Origin: Oopsacas minuta
Lineage: Eukaryota > Animalia > Porifera
NCBI GenBank assembly: GCA_024704765.1
Contig: JAKMXF010000342.1
Coordinates: 157,351 to 221,350, forward strand
Direction of reading: 5' to 3'
Length of the DNA: 64,000 bases
In this document: in pieces, positions 12,601-25,519 of the stretch
How positions within the stretch are numbered: position 1 is the first letter of the stretch
Layout: each line of letters begins with the position of its first letter
The notes under the pieces: model-generated
The model's database searches: none
Seen by the model: only the letters and a program-made list of their open reading frames with translations
What the model was told of the DNA's origin: nothing
Made by a program: the position numbers and the translations under genes

Positions 12601-13127
12601 AATGGAAACTACATTATAGTAATCAGATTGTCTATTCTTTAGATAATTTAATTGATAATGGTGAAGGATTATATGTATATAATCCCGGAACAACAGAAAT
12701 AATATCAAGTGATGGAAACTGTTATTTTTCTACAATTTCTTATCTAATAACAGGTAGTAAAACCTATCATAAAGAATTACGGGCAATTATCGTTGAAAAC
12801 ATGCTTGGTAAATTAAGTGCGAGTTGTAATGCGTTTTTGCGTACTAAGTATGTTTATACTCAAGGGAATTTTAGGAATATTCAGGATTGGGTAAATAAAA
12901 TGGGGATGAATAAGGTTGGAAAATGGGCTACTGACTTAGAGGTATTTGCAACTTCGTTGTTATTTAATATAGATATTTGGGTGTTTTTGGGCCCTACTGG
13001 AACTCGTTGGGCTGGGTTTTCAGGTAATGAATCAAGTTTTGATCTATTATTAAAGGAGCCAACTTCAAATGGTTTATATATTCAAAATTTAGGTAATCAT
13101 TACCGGCACATACTATCTCTAATTTAA
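9631..13127 (+). pseudogene. Decayed Mutator/NOF-like DDE transposase with C-terminal OTU-like cysteine protease domain
   Basis: Consecutive + ORF pieces broken by stops and frameshifts. Motifs: LHLDVTGS (~11220), PPAEMVSSGH, IEIDFSWAL (~11445), LHLCSAY (CxxH-like position, ~11590), SNAIVENW (~12115). The open segment 12363-13127 has SSDGNCYFSTISYLITG...KWATDLEVFA...NLGNHY, the OTU D-x-x-C...H pattern. Confidence 0.8.
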
Positions 13128-14692
13128 TATTAATAGCAATCCAATCATTGGTTTCAATTTATGGCAGCCAAAATTATATATTTACTAACAAGATTATTAG
13201 TGAAACAATAAATATTTTGCATAAATGGAATTTGGATATTTTGTGAGATCTCATCTAAATATGTAAATTGATTGCGACAAAAATCACAAATGTAACTATC
13301 TACTTATATATATCGACAGTTGGATTATATGGAACAATTATATGACTTTTTCTCTAATCAAGATACGTTTAAAAGCTGGATTATATTACCCAGGATTTGG
13401 AAACTAACGCAACACCAATATGCAAAGTTCTGGAAGATATATTCATAGTAGAGTAAACAATGAACATGAAATCTATATTCTTATCCTTACAATTATCTTA
13501 ATCAATCTAGGAATTAAATCTACAAATCTCTCTTACAAACTTTTACTTTACAATTTGTGCAAATTTGAATCAGAAAGAAGTTACTATCTATTTTTGGAGC
13601 ATTCATTTGGAGACCCATGTCCTGGAGTTAACTCTCGATTCTCTTACCATTCTGGCATTAATAATTACAAATCGAAGTGTTGATCGTCTCTTCAAATCTT
13701 ATCTGGTCAAGACATTTGTTACTCTCCCTTATACGTATAGCTGTAAAGATTTTGCATAAATAGTACCACCTGTTTTAGGTTTAGCCTGTTCTAATAGACA
13801 AGGGAAATTCAATCAGTATTTCTCATTAGTTCACCAATCAGTTCAATACAGAAAAGATAGACAGACAAACTATAATATCTGGTTAATTAGTATCTTGTAA
13901 TACTTTTCGATTTGTTTACTCTTTTCTATTCAAAAAGTAAAGTTTTGTATAAGGTATGATAACTGTCACTACAATGGTGTTGTGTTATTTATTATATTTC
14001 AAATATCTTCTGATTATTGACTAGAAAGCACAATAGAATTGGGACTATAGAATTGAAAATGATACTAAATCTTATCAAAATTTACGTACACTGTAATGTC
14101 ATACATACTTCATTATTGACAGTACAAACTGGTCGTCTATGTAATTCCTATGTAAAGTTCGGGCGTTCATAACTTTTTCAAAAATAATTATTTTAATCTC
14201 AAATTGGATATGCACAATGAACCAAGTGAGATGTAAATATGATTAAAGTGATGAGTTGTCATCACAATTATTTCAGGAGATATTAATGAAAAACCTCGAC
14301 CAAAATGTAATGCGAAATTGCTTACTTATCATATAAAATTTGGCGATTATGAGTGATGATATGAAATGTACCAACTTTCTTCTTGACACTGGTATGGTCC
14401 TTTTCAAAATAGAACCCATACTTTTGAGCAAAAAGTGTTTTAGTGGGGATTTGAATCTGCTGCTGAATCGGCTGCTAAGATAACACTCGTCAAAGCAGGA
14501 TACATTTCAGAATACAAACTACGCCAACAAATTTAACCTGACAAATGCGTTAATTTCCCCAAGATTGAATATGGGCATTGCTAAGTAGCTTGTATAGAAT
14601 CAATTAGCATGATCTCATTTAGCTGCTTCATAATTAAGAGTAATCCGAGGCATTAGGTTATCGCTTAGACCTAGCAAGAAAGCCAGCTAGTA

Positions 14693-16287
14693 CAGTGGAT
14701 GCCAGTAATTCTACAAACATATCGGTAATATGAACCAATTACCAATACTTTAAGAGTGTTCTTATAACCGGGATTAATTAAATTGGGGTATATGGCAATC
14801 GTTTTCCGGTAAAATGTTCTTATACCCGTGATGTTAAAATAATCGGCATAGAATGTTCTTATGTCATGTAAAATCCCATGGAGTAGACTACAAAAAGATT
14901 CAGAGAATCAAGTTAAGGCTCATATAACAGGCATGTTAAAATAACCGATGTTATTACAGGGTACACATAAATACTGTTACAAATAATAAAAGGGCTGAAA
15001 ACAAAAACTATTGGAGCGATCGCTCTATTATTCTAAATTATGTTTAGATATACTATAGGGTTGAAAATTAAGACAGTATTACTCAAATATATCGCCTTTT
15101 GCCTTAATGCAGCTCTTCAGACGGACGATGAAGGAGTCTACACTGGCACACACATGCTCATCCGGGATCTTTGACCGCTCTCTTAATAATGTTCTCTTAA
15201 GAACCTCAACTGAACGATGGGGTTTAGCATTAACCCTCTCCTCCAATATGGACCATATAGAGAAGTCGAGGGGGTTAAGGTCTGGTGGACTAGGTGACCA
15301 CTCTTCGGAAGAAATGACCCCCGGAAAATTGGTCTTGCATCACTTTTGAGTGGCTTTAACCTTGTGAGCTGGGGCAGAATCTTGCTGTAATACCCATAGG
15401 TCGTTTCCAAAATGTGATTGTGCCCAAGGCTTCAAAACATTCTTAAGAATTGATTCCCAATATAAACCGATTGGTTGATTTTCACACCTTGGGGGATAAT
15501 TATCGAAGGTGTCCGACCAGTTGCAGTAACCCCGGCCCATACCATCACTGAAGCTGGTTTCTGCGTTCTAGAGACCCGGAAAGTAGATTCAGGCAAAGTA
15601 CTCTTATCGGTGGCTAAAATCCTATGATTTTGCTTGTTTAGGACTTGCTGAACAGTAAATAATTTCTCATCAGAGAAAAGGATCTGCTTGTGTCGACCAT
15701 TGGTGAAACGTGAAAGCATGGCCTTGCATCTTTCCAACCCGATACTTTATTTTTGGCTGTGAGGAGTTGTCTTTTTTTCATTTTGTACGCTTTCATGCCT
15801 ACATCATTACAATCAAGCCTCCGCATCAATTCCCTGTTCGTATTTATTTCAATGACCATTTTTCGGATACTTCGGGCGGGATTTCGTTTAATCAGTTGTA
15901 GCACCCTCTTGATCAAAGAAATTGACCATGCAGTACGTGGACGGCCAGATCGTGGTCGGTCTAACACTTCCCCTGTATCAGCAAACCGTGACAAAGTTCG
16001 CGAAATAAACATCCTCTTGTAACTGAGCAAAGAGGCAATTTTACTTCTACATTTTCTGGCCTTGAATAACTCAATAACAGCTGAACGACGAGTCTCGATT
16101 ACAAAATGTTGAAATTATAAAACTTCTAAGTGAGATATAGCTGGTGTGATTTATTGAGATAAAATAGATATGTAGTACAATTTATTGGATAAGTTTCAAC
16201 GCTATTGAATTATATTCATCTATAATATGGTAGTTTTAAAAGTTGTAACAGTATTTATGTGTCACCATGTATATCCGGCATCTATTG
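14693..16287. mobile_element. Tc1/pogo-type MITE interrupted by the maT element
   Basis: TA-CAGTGGATGCCAGTAAT at the left and TATCCGGCATCTATTG-TA at the right. Internal GTTCTTATAACCG-type repeats continue across the maT insertion site. Confidence 0.6.
14957..16269 (-). mobile_element. maT (DD37D) Tc1/mariner element, defective
   Basis: TIRs CAGGGTACACATAAATACTGTTACAA and TTGTAACAGTATTTATGTGTCACCATG, flanked by TA. Motifs DRPRSGRPR, LFSDEKLF, VMVWAGV and QQDSAPAH...PDLNPLDFSIW, with 37 residues between the second and third Asp. One stop and frameshifts. Confidence 0.9.
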
Positions 16288-16389
16288 TATAATTATAAAT
16301 TAGAAGTAAATCCATAGGGATATTTGAATCTTTTCCTTTTAAATAGTCCAGTAAAATCATCTGTTATATTACATTGACATACGCCAATG

Positions 16390-17118
16390 CACGCCATATA
16401 TCCAATAACTACTAGTATAATCATAGAGTGGCTCTCAAATATTTACAACGGAGAAATAGCAGAATGGACTTTGATGGCGGAATCATATCAACTAATGAAC
16501 CAATTCAGTCTCCACGAGACAATTTTGATATCACCAAATACATTCCTATTCTGGATCATCTTGTTTTTGCATTAGATCAAAGTATATATGCCTTCCAGAT
16601 TCTGAATGAAAGATTCGATGTTTGGTTAAAAATTGGCTCAGATGACAATAGTGCTGAGGAAGTTAGTGAAGCTACTCAGAAACTTGTCTCTGTGTATTCT
16701 CAAAATCTTGAACCATCACTAGGTGATGAGTTAGTACAACTGTCAGAATTTGTTTCACTATGTCAAGATGAAAAGGCACAAGACGAATCTCATTAGTTGT
16801 TTATGTATCGTATGATAAAGGTAAAGGACTATCATCAACATTTCCAAATGCACAGATCTGTTGAGAAGCTTTCTGTCATCAATGGTGTCCAATTCAAGTG
16901 GAGAACGAACTTTCTCTAAGCTGAAGCTTATCAAAAATGAGCTTCGCTCAACAATGTTCCAGCAAATCCTCACATTTTTGTCTGATATGAACATTGAGTC
17001 TGACATATTGCGGAAGCTGAATCCTGATGATGTTATTTATGATTTTCCAGAAATAAAGCTAGGAAGGTATTGATTTGAACGTCAATTACTAGTAGTTGCA
17101 AGTAAACTACTGTAACAA

Positions 17119-17184
<66 letters not shown>

Positions 17185-17354
17185 TAATATAGTGCACATA
17201 AATAAGTACAAATACAACTATAACTGCTAGAAGGCATAGAGACAACAAAACTTTCTCTATATTATACATACGGGATATATCCACCTATCGGGAAGTCTAC
17301 GGGGCCGCCAAATTGAGTTGTGCCTGAGTCCTAATCTAGCTTAATCGGGCCCTG
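16390..17354 (+). mobile_element. 3' remnant of a hAT (ZMYM1/Tip100-like) element
   Basis: SSGERTFSKLKLIKNELRSTM (hAT dimerisation motif). Right end CTTAATCGGGCCCTG at 17340-17354. Confidence 0.75.
17121..17188 (+). repeat. (AAT)n microsatellite
   Basis: More than 20 near-perfect AAT units. Confidence 0.95.
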
Positions 17355-17508
17355 TCTATAAAAAGCATAAGATGGTATTGATATGATTCAATTAACTTAG
17401 TGGACAATCAGTAGACTAAGGAAAACAATTATCGACATAATAGACACAATTTGCGTGACGTCATAAACCAAATAAAACTTGAAACCCGAGTAAGTCAATA
17501 ACTGAAAA

Positions 17509-19790
17509 CACAACTCAACATGATTTCTCATCAGAGATCACATAAATTTATCTTAGCATACTTTTGAATGCTGAACTCGAATCTGCAATCAGAATTTCTC
17601 TAGCACGTCTATAGTTATTCTGAAATCCAATATCCATTTTTTCAATAGTATAGTATTACCTAGTTACTAAATTGCTATATGAGCATGCCTATTTTGATTC
17701 AATTATCCGGAATATAAATGACTTTACTTATTTGAATTCAAGCAAATCAAATTATAAACATGCATCGTAATTGTAGAACTCATCCCGACAATTTCTGTTA
17801 CGTTTGTGGTCTTTTTTGTGTAAAATCACAAAGACGACCAATCACAAATCAATTAAAGAACATATACAAATTGTACTTCGAATGTCCACTTGGTGACCAA
17901 GACAAATCGTGGGCACCACATGTTATATGCACTTCTTGTTCAAGTGGACTACGTGATTGGTTGAACAAAAGGAAAGTTTCAATGTCATTTACAATACCCA
18001 TGGTCTGGAGGGAACAGATAAATCACCTTGATGATTGTTACTGTTGCCTTATCGACATTAGAGGATTCTCAGCCAAGAATAAGCACGCTCTTGTTTACCC
18101 AGACTTGGATTCTGCTCGCAGGCCAATTCCACACGACATCTCATTACCAATCCCAATTCCCAAGCCACAGCAAATTAAAATCGGGTCAGATATGGTGGAG
18201 GATGTTCATGCAGATTCTACAGATGCTAATTATGTCCCGGAAGATGAATTACTAGAGCCACAAACATTAACACAGGGAGAATTGAATGACCTGGTCAGGG
18301 ATCTAGACTTATCTAAAGACAAAGCTGAACTCCTTGCATCCAGGCTCAAACAGAAAAACCTACTCGACAAAGATGTCCTAGTATCCCACTATTGCAAGCG
18401 AAATTTCGATCTCGCTCAACACTACACCACTGATGGTCCACTGTGCTATTGTAATGATATCGAAGGACTCTATGCAAACCTATTACAACAACATTCTTCC
18501 TCTGAATGGCGCCTTTTCATCGACTCGTCAAAACGCAGTTTGAAAGCTGTCCTGTTGCATAACGGAAATCTTAAGCCTGACGTTCCAATTGCTCACTCCG
18601 TCTATCTCAAAGAAACCTTCGCCAATTTGCAGGAAGCTTTGGAGGCAATACAGTATAGAACACATATATGGAATATTTGCGGTGATCTTAAGATAATCGG
18701 GCTATTGATGGGCTTGCAACAAGGTTTTACAAAGTATTGTTGTTTCCTATGTCTATGGGACAGCCGAGCAACTGGTGAACATTATAAAAAATGTGATTGG
18801 CCGAAGAGACCTATGAAGTGGGGAAAACCAATTTACAGCATTCGCCATCGGTAGATCCAAACAAAGTTTTCTTACCCCCACTTCATATTAAACTTGGATT
18901 AATGAAAACAATGGGCAAAACAAATTCAGCAGGATTTCTGCATTTGGTAGGCAAATTTCCGAAACTAAGCGAGGCAAAGTTCAAAGAGGGAGTATTTGTA
19001 GGACCACAAATCAGACAAGTATTCAGAGTTCCAGATTTCGAGAAGAAATTATCCGAATTAGAAATGAGTGCTTGGAAATCTTTCAAATGGGTTTGTGAAA
19101 ACTTTTTGGGCAACAAGAAGTCGTCCAACTACAGAGAAGGAGTGGAAACCTTGCTTAACGCATACGAGAAGATGGGCTGTCGCATGTCGCTAAAACTTCA
19201 CTTCTTGCACTCTCACCTTGATTTTTTCCCTGAGAACCTTGGTACTGTAAGTGATGAACAGGGTGAGAGATTCCACCAAGACATACAGGAGATGGAAACC
19301 CGATACCAAGGTTTCTGGAATGAGGGCATGATGTCCGATTACTGTTGGAGGCTCTTCAGAGATAATCCCAACAAGATATATAGAAGGAAGTCGTACTCTC
19401 AACACTTTTAGTTTAGTTAGCTACCTTTATACTTCTAGATGGATATGTATTTCCCTTTAGTTTGTGAGTAGTTGATACATGCATGAATGTGAATAATTAT
19501 ATGTAAGAGCTAGGATAACAACTGATATTGTCTTGGCATTAATCTAAAAACATCGAAACGTTGATTTATTTCAGATAGCTATCATGTAAGAAGGCAAAAA
19601 CATAGCCACTACCATAAAATAACAGGAAAAATTTAGGAAATACATAAAAATCGTTGACTTGTAGATAGAAAAAAACTGGACATGCTGGAAAGAATCTGAA
19701 AGCAGATTTGAATTCAGCGTAGAATACTAGCTTAGAAAATGTCAATCTAATACTTGATGAGAAAATGAAGTTAAATTTTGTTGACCTGTG
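17509..19790 (+). mobile_element. Second, diverged Chapaev3-type element
   Basis: Right end AAATTTTGTTGACCTGTG (19790). Eroded left end CACAACTCAACA (17509). TSD not conserved. Confidence 0.8.
17760..19411 (+). pseudogene. Chapaev3-type transposase with one frameshift near 18810
   Basis: ORFs 17760-18854 and 18797-19411 overlap: HPDNFCYVCG, LFIDSSKRSLK, ICGDLK, CFLCLWDSR, then PPLHIKLGLMK and SDEQGERFHQD in the second frame. Confidence 0.88.
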
Positions 19791-19869
19791 TTATTTCATG
19801 AGAGCATATAATTGTTCAATGAGATTTCTAAATGTGTAAGGAAGAGTGAGTCAATGATCAAATAATTAT

Positions 19870-19935
19870 AGTACTCAAATAACTTATGCCAGGCGGGCCG
19901 GATTCGGTCTGCGGACCGTAGTTTGCCCACCACTG
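19870..19935. mobile_element. Right end of a Charlie/Buster-type hAT non-autonomous element
   Basis: GCGGACCGTAGTTTGCCCACCACTG, the reverse complement of a CAGTGGTGGGCAAACT terminus. Partner end not found. Confidence 0.5.
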
Positions 19936-20428
19936 TTCTAGAGTCTAATTCGCTCCATACAAATTCGACCATGGACTTTAGCATATTGTGTTTTGAAATT
20001 TTGATGCCTAATACTCTCTTTATTCAAAACTAACATTCGAATGGCTCAGGAAACAGAACAAATTGAAACGTTCTCTTGACAGATTTACCAAAAATCCAAA
20101 AATCCAAATATTTGATTTCATTTGCAAACCTGAATTTGAGAGCATAACTACGATGGCACCGTTTGCAATATACATTACTCCAACTGATAATATATGTATG
20201 ATCATGTCACTGCCAAATTGTAAAAGGAGGATTGGAGGAAGCACATTCCCATTCCTTCTGTTAGGGTTTTTTGTCCTTGCTATTCGAACTACAAATTCAC
20301 AAGATATGTTATCTTTACTCAACAAGGATGTTTACTAATTTAAGTTTGTTTTGGATAGTAACTATCAATTTTGATTTAAACATCAACAACTAATTTGAGG
20401 ATTTTCATTGGGCTTCTCAAATTTTGGA

Positions 20429-20602
20429 CTATAGAGTACTCTCGTTAATATGCACACCAGAGCACTGCCAAAATTCGTAATCATTATCCGAACTAATTTA
20501 CATTGATTAGTCATCGAAGGGGGTTGATACAATATACTAATTTGTGCTCCTTATCCGGAGTTACTCCTTAACCGTGTTCGTATTAACTAGACTCTACTGT
20601 AT
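20429..20602. mobile_element. Tc1/pogo-type MITE
   Basis: TATAGAGTACTCTCGTTAATATGCAC at the left and GTGTTCGTATTAACTAGACTCTACTGTA at the right. Confidence 0.5.
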
Positions 20603-20976
20603 ATTGCAAGATTGTTGGTGTGCAGATCAAGCATATCATTGATGAGCTATTTCTAAGCTCTTTAAACATTTATCATATTTAATCTGATCTCAATCTATGG
20701 AAATATTGTTTTACAAAATTTAATGGTTGGAATCGATTAATCAATTTGTTAACCAACTTTGCCTTCTATCCACTGGAACCACTAACGCAATAGCTGATGA
20801 TGTATTTCACCGTGTAACGCAATAGAAGTGACCAAGTTAGATTCTGCCTCGCCATGGGTTGATTTATTTAGCCTTCAGCTATATTTACTTGGTTACCAAT
20901 TGTACTTGTTGCGAAATGTGTTTTATTCTGTTTTACATTTTATTCTGTTTACATTTTATGAAGCTTTATCAATTAG

Positions 20977-21327
20977 GAAGTTGAGGAAGCTTTAGAAGAC
21001 CTTATTCATGCCAGTAGATTTTCAGAAGATCGATTATTGGTTCAAATAAAATCATTGAATAAAGAAATTGTTCTTTTGGAATTCAATATTAGCAACTTGC
21101 AATCCTTAGCAAATAATCTTGAATATAAAGCAAGAATGTTTTCATATGGCGAATTTAAAGAAGAAGATCAGGACTTTCTCGTAAATATTGATAGAAAGGT
21201 GCAAAACGTTTATGTAAATTGTATTGGACATAACGAAGCGAATATTGGAACATTACAGATGTTGTCGAGTATTGAAAATCGCGTGGAGGAATTATTTGAG
21301 ACTCTTGACTGTCTAAACATTGAAAAG
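20977..21327 (+). CDS. CFAP100: Cilia- and flagella-associated protein 100 (CCDC37), penultimate coding exon, phase 0/0
   Basis: AG acceptor at 20975-20976 and GT donor at 21328; 117 codons: EVEEALEDLIHASRFSEDRLL...LDRKV-like IDRKVQNVYVNCIGHNEANIGTLQMLSSIENRVEELFETLDCLNIEK. This resembles the CFAP100/CCDC38 C-terminal coiled coil and splices in frame to 31251. Confidence 0.82.
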
Positions 21328-22535
21328 GTTTGTTAAGGAATTAGTAAATCTAATATTTAGCGCAGCTCCTATACGGAGATGCTATAATGCCATGGATGAT
21401 GTGCGACGTCATTACAGCCCTTCTTACTTCGCATGGCCTTGCGAAATCTAGCATCCCGAATTTTCATAAAGATCTCTACACATTCGTATACATTGTGGTT
21501 CGGATTTAGCACCACCTCTGGTATGATTTCTTTCTAAAGTTAAAATTTCACACCTTTCTATTCAATATTCAATAGTATGATATAGATTAGGTATCAACGT
21601 GTTGCCAGTGCTAATTGGGTTGCTAGAGTGTAATTTTAACATTTTCAGAGCCTGAATTAACAGTTCACAGATTTGCTTTATGTTATCATATTTTCACACC
21701 TATTTGCATATGTTCAAATGGCCCTAGAGATGGATTTCGTTTCTACTGCTAGTAGGGTGAATGACTATGTAGATTTCAAATTCACATTATTACTTCTATA
21801 TCTACATGTATACTTAAATTATCATTTGGTTAATCATATTTTCACCACTATTTTCATATATTTCAATGTTATTCTAGAATATAGTTTTATCGTTAGCCAG
21901 GACTAAATGATTCCTATTTTGACGTTTTATTATGATAACAGGGGCGACTGAACCTCAATCATTATTGGAACATCTTGCACATTAAATCGGGTATCATAAC
22001 AAGCTAGAAACCTAGTTTGTATGGTTAGCCAAGGGTAATAGATTCGAATTTTGACATTTCGATTCTTATATACGTATATATGCATGCACGGCGTCCTTGA
22101 ACCTCAATTTCTTTTGAAAAATTATGGCCTATGGCAATCTGGCATCAAAACAAGTAGGTTTGTTAGTGGGTCAATGTTAAGATACTCAAAATTTATTTCT
22201 TGCTGAAAAACGAAATCTATTTAGTTGTTTACATTAATTCTATTCAAATGCAGTTCTCCTACACCATGAATAATAATAACTCAAATAGTTTCTCGCAATT
22301 TTTCAGTCATTCTTGGGAAATTCAGAATTCATTAACTCTATTGTTATTGCTAATTTAATAACCAATATATTCAAAATTCATGACTTTCCATCAGTCAATT
22401 ACATTCTTAACATCAGAACATGCTAGATACAGAGATGCATGCATTTTAGGATAGGATGAAGTTGTAAATATTTATATACAATTTTTCTTATTTATTCGTC
22501 TGGAAATCATTTCAAATGCTTGCCATTGAATTCTA

Positions 22536-23842
22536 CAACGGGCGTTCAAAAAGCTCCGACCCTGCCCCATATTTTTGTAACTATACAGAATACACATGTA
22601 CTATTATTATATTTTCTCGAAATAATCACCATTAACGTCTATGACTCGTTGTAAACGATGTAGCCATTTAAAAATACATTAGTATAGTCTTCGGGCGGGA
22701 TGTCTTTTACGGATCTTCAAATTGCGTTTCCTTGGCCTATTCTGGCATCTAAATGCGTGCCTGCAGTTCTTTTTCAACTTTATAAGAGCCAGAAATCAAA
22801 AGAAGCGCGGTCAGGTGAGTGGGGTAGGTGATCTAGCTCAACAACTGTCATTCTATTCAACTCTGACTTTACGAGCTTAGTTTTATGTGGCCGTGCATTA
22901 TCGTACAATAATCACATGCTCCTTCGCTCCCAGTATTTTTTTCCTACTTCTGAGAGGCAACTGTTGGCATAAAAGTCCGCGGTAATTGTCTTCCCTTATG
23001 GCATTTTAATCTGGGCAACTGGGCCATGTGCCCAAAAGAAAATAGAGTGCATGATTTTCTGATCTCTGAAGTCCGGCCTAGGATTGAGAGGAGGCGCCTT
23101 ACCTTTTATGACCCATACCTTATTTCTTTCCTTGCATAGTGGCTCGTCGTATCTTATCCAGGTCTCGTCACCAGTAGTGATTTCTGCCAGCTTCTTGGAT
23201 CCGAGTCTTTATACTCGGAGAGTATTTTTCTTGCACAAGCTACCCGACGGTTTTTTTGGTCCTTTGTAAGGGAATGCGGGATCCACCTCGAACAAATTTC
23301 GGTAACTCTCAGCTCATCGACAAGTATGGAATGAACAGCTCCCGTTGAGATGCCTATACTCATAGCTACTCCTCAACAGTGATATGAGGATCTTCTTCCA
23401 CTCTCCGCAATTTTCAGAGGTGTTACTGTAGAGAGGGCAGATCAGGGACGCCCGATTCGTTCCTCATCCTCCAGTGACTCTCGTCCTTCATGAAACCGTT
23501 TGGCCACTCCTTCACAGTAATAAATGAAAGATTAGCATCTCCATAAACGACTTCCAAGTCAATGAGATAATCTTTTGGGCCAATACCAAGAAGCGTGCAA
23601 ATTTTCATATAGCATCTTTGCTAAAATTTCAAATTTGAAGCCATTTAACGTGAAGAATACAAAGATAGTCATATCTGAGAAATTTGAAATAATCGTACCT
23701 AGAAAATTGTTGACGATATGATGAAAGTTAGAGTAGTCCTGGATAGATAATAGAATAATGTTCATTATGAATACAGATACGTAATATAATATCTTATATC
23801 TTAAATTTTATGACCTAGGTCGGGAACTTTTTAACGTCCAAT
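22536..23842 (-). mobile_element. mariner (DD34D-type) element, defective
   Basis: Imperfect TIRs CAACGGGCGTTCAAAAAGCTCCGACCT and AGGTCGGGAACTTTTTAACGTCC. Motifs EICSRWIPHSLT, TGDETW, HSPDRASFDFW. Confidence 0.85.
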
Positions 23843-24757
23843 CTACATTGAATAATTCATACTTTAATACCTCATTTCAATGGCTCATATGTTTTCAACC
23901 ATAACTAAGATTTAGGGAAGCCGTTTGATAGGTTGCGGTCTATGAATATAGAGCCCTATGAATCAGTACGGCAGGTGGGATCTTTGCCCGAATAATTGTT
24001 GCCAAATCATTATTAAGACTCAATTGTGTGCTTGTAAATTTGTTTGTTCAGTCAATTTAAGATTTATGGAATGATATTTCCTTCAATTGGCGATATTGGT
24101 ATAGTAAATAGCTACATTAGGGTAATGTAGTGTGCTTATTCCGTATGTGATATTGTAAACATGTAAACATGTGATGAAAATTTCTTTTCTTGAGATAAAT
24201 TAATTATGTTTTCACACCCTTTTGATATATTTCTATTTGTGCTAGAGAATTCATCTCAACGTATGGTGAGATGTGCTGAATGCCGTACCAATAAGATTTG
24301 CTTCCCATTGTTATATAATGAATGTTTATTATCTCAAATATTCTTTGAATATAGATATATCTGGTAAATATCGATTCAGTGTATTTCATTATAAGGCCCT
24401 AACTTTTTCGGAAATTAGCGCTGATGTCTTTTGAATTATTTATTATATAGGCATTAAAGATGTTCTGAAATCCGAACTTTTCTTCACTCTATTCATTGAT
24501 AGCAATCATCTTGATATCTTAATTTTGATTTTTCTCAATTAGGAAGAATACTAAAATATTTTCGTTCTTAAAAGAACAAGAAAACGCTTAAAGAGAAAAC
24601 CTTAAGTTGCGCACTAGTAGAAACAACAGACTGTCTATTTAGCTGGAAGCCTTAGAATTAACCCTTCAATCCTTAAGGACGAAATTATTAGAAGGATCTA
24701 GGGATAAAAAAGGATCGACTATTCCAAAATAATGTTAATATTCGATATTCTATCCTT

Positions 24758-24935
24758 ATGGAATCTATAAAAAAGACCCTTCTTTCAGGCCAAATTATAA
24801 TCTTAGGCCATTCGTTCAAGGTGAGTGATAATATTGATTTTCTAGCCTGATGGTATCATTGAAGAAAGACCCTTCGTTCAGATCAAGTGATAATATTAGA
24901 CGTTCGAGCGAAATGGAATCATTAAAGAAATTCCC
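24758..24935 (+). repeat. Degenerate ~60-bp tandem repeat (about three units)
   Basis: ATGG(A/T)ATC...AAAGACCCTTC...AGTGATAATATT recurs from 24758, 24850 and 24913, with a partial unit near 24808. Confidence 0.5.
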
Positions 24936-25519
24936 ATTATTCCGTGAAGAGGACAAACCCGAGTCCAGCTCCTAATGGAGAAGAAACGTGCATAATCTTC
25001 TTTTAATAGAGCTGAGAGAATTCAGAGGGCTGCTATAATGAGGTAAGAATGGCCTGATCCTCTCGAAATTAACAATGATCTTTGACCTCTGCAGGTGTTT
25101 AATATTTCTGTTATCTATTTATTATGCTATAATTACCAATTCAGAACTAAGTATGTATTTGGATACTAAGAGATTTAGTTTTTTATTAATAGATGGATAG
25201 ATATATAGGATCAGATACCGTGTTTTCAAATTATATGCTTTCTAAATCTCATACCTATGAAATTAATGATTAACCAGAATATTCTTTTGTTCCTGAGGTA
25301 TTACTTCAGATGTCTAATTTAAAATTGCATAACTGTTCTGTTTGTTGGCGGGACATCCTGATTTTCTGACCTAACTGCCAATGAGGCTAATGTCTTGGCA
25401 AAACCCTTAATTGTTGCTCTATTTTGTAGCCCAGTCCAATGCAAATATACTACATCCGACGATGTCCAGCACGATTAGTCCCTTCTGTCCCGCTTTTTCT
25501 TTCAAGGCGAACATATACT

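Larger units (their letters stand above)
5736..14490 (+). mobile_element. Mutator/FB-NOF-like DNA transposon with ~365-bp TIRs and 9-bp TSD
   Basis: TSD CAAAGCAGG at 5727-5735 and 14491-14499. Termini are ACGAGTGTTATCTTAGCAGCCGATTCAGCAGCAG and its exact reverse complement. The right TIR is ~14125-14490. The left TIR is 5736-5878 plus 8601-~8823, split by the Chapaev3 insertion. 9-bp TSDs with long TIRs are typical of the Mutator superfamily. Confidence 0.92.

Noticed and set aside
20020-20338. ORFs just upstream of the CFAP100 exon
   Set aside because: Translations lack the coiled-coil or LIQN motif in an open frame; probably chance ORFs.
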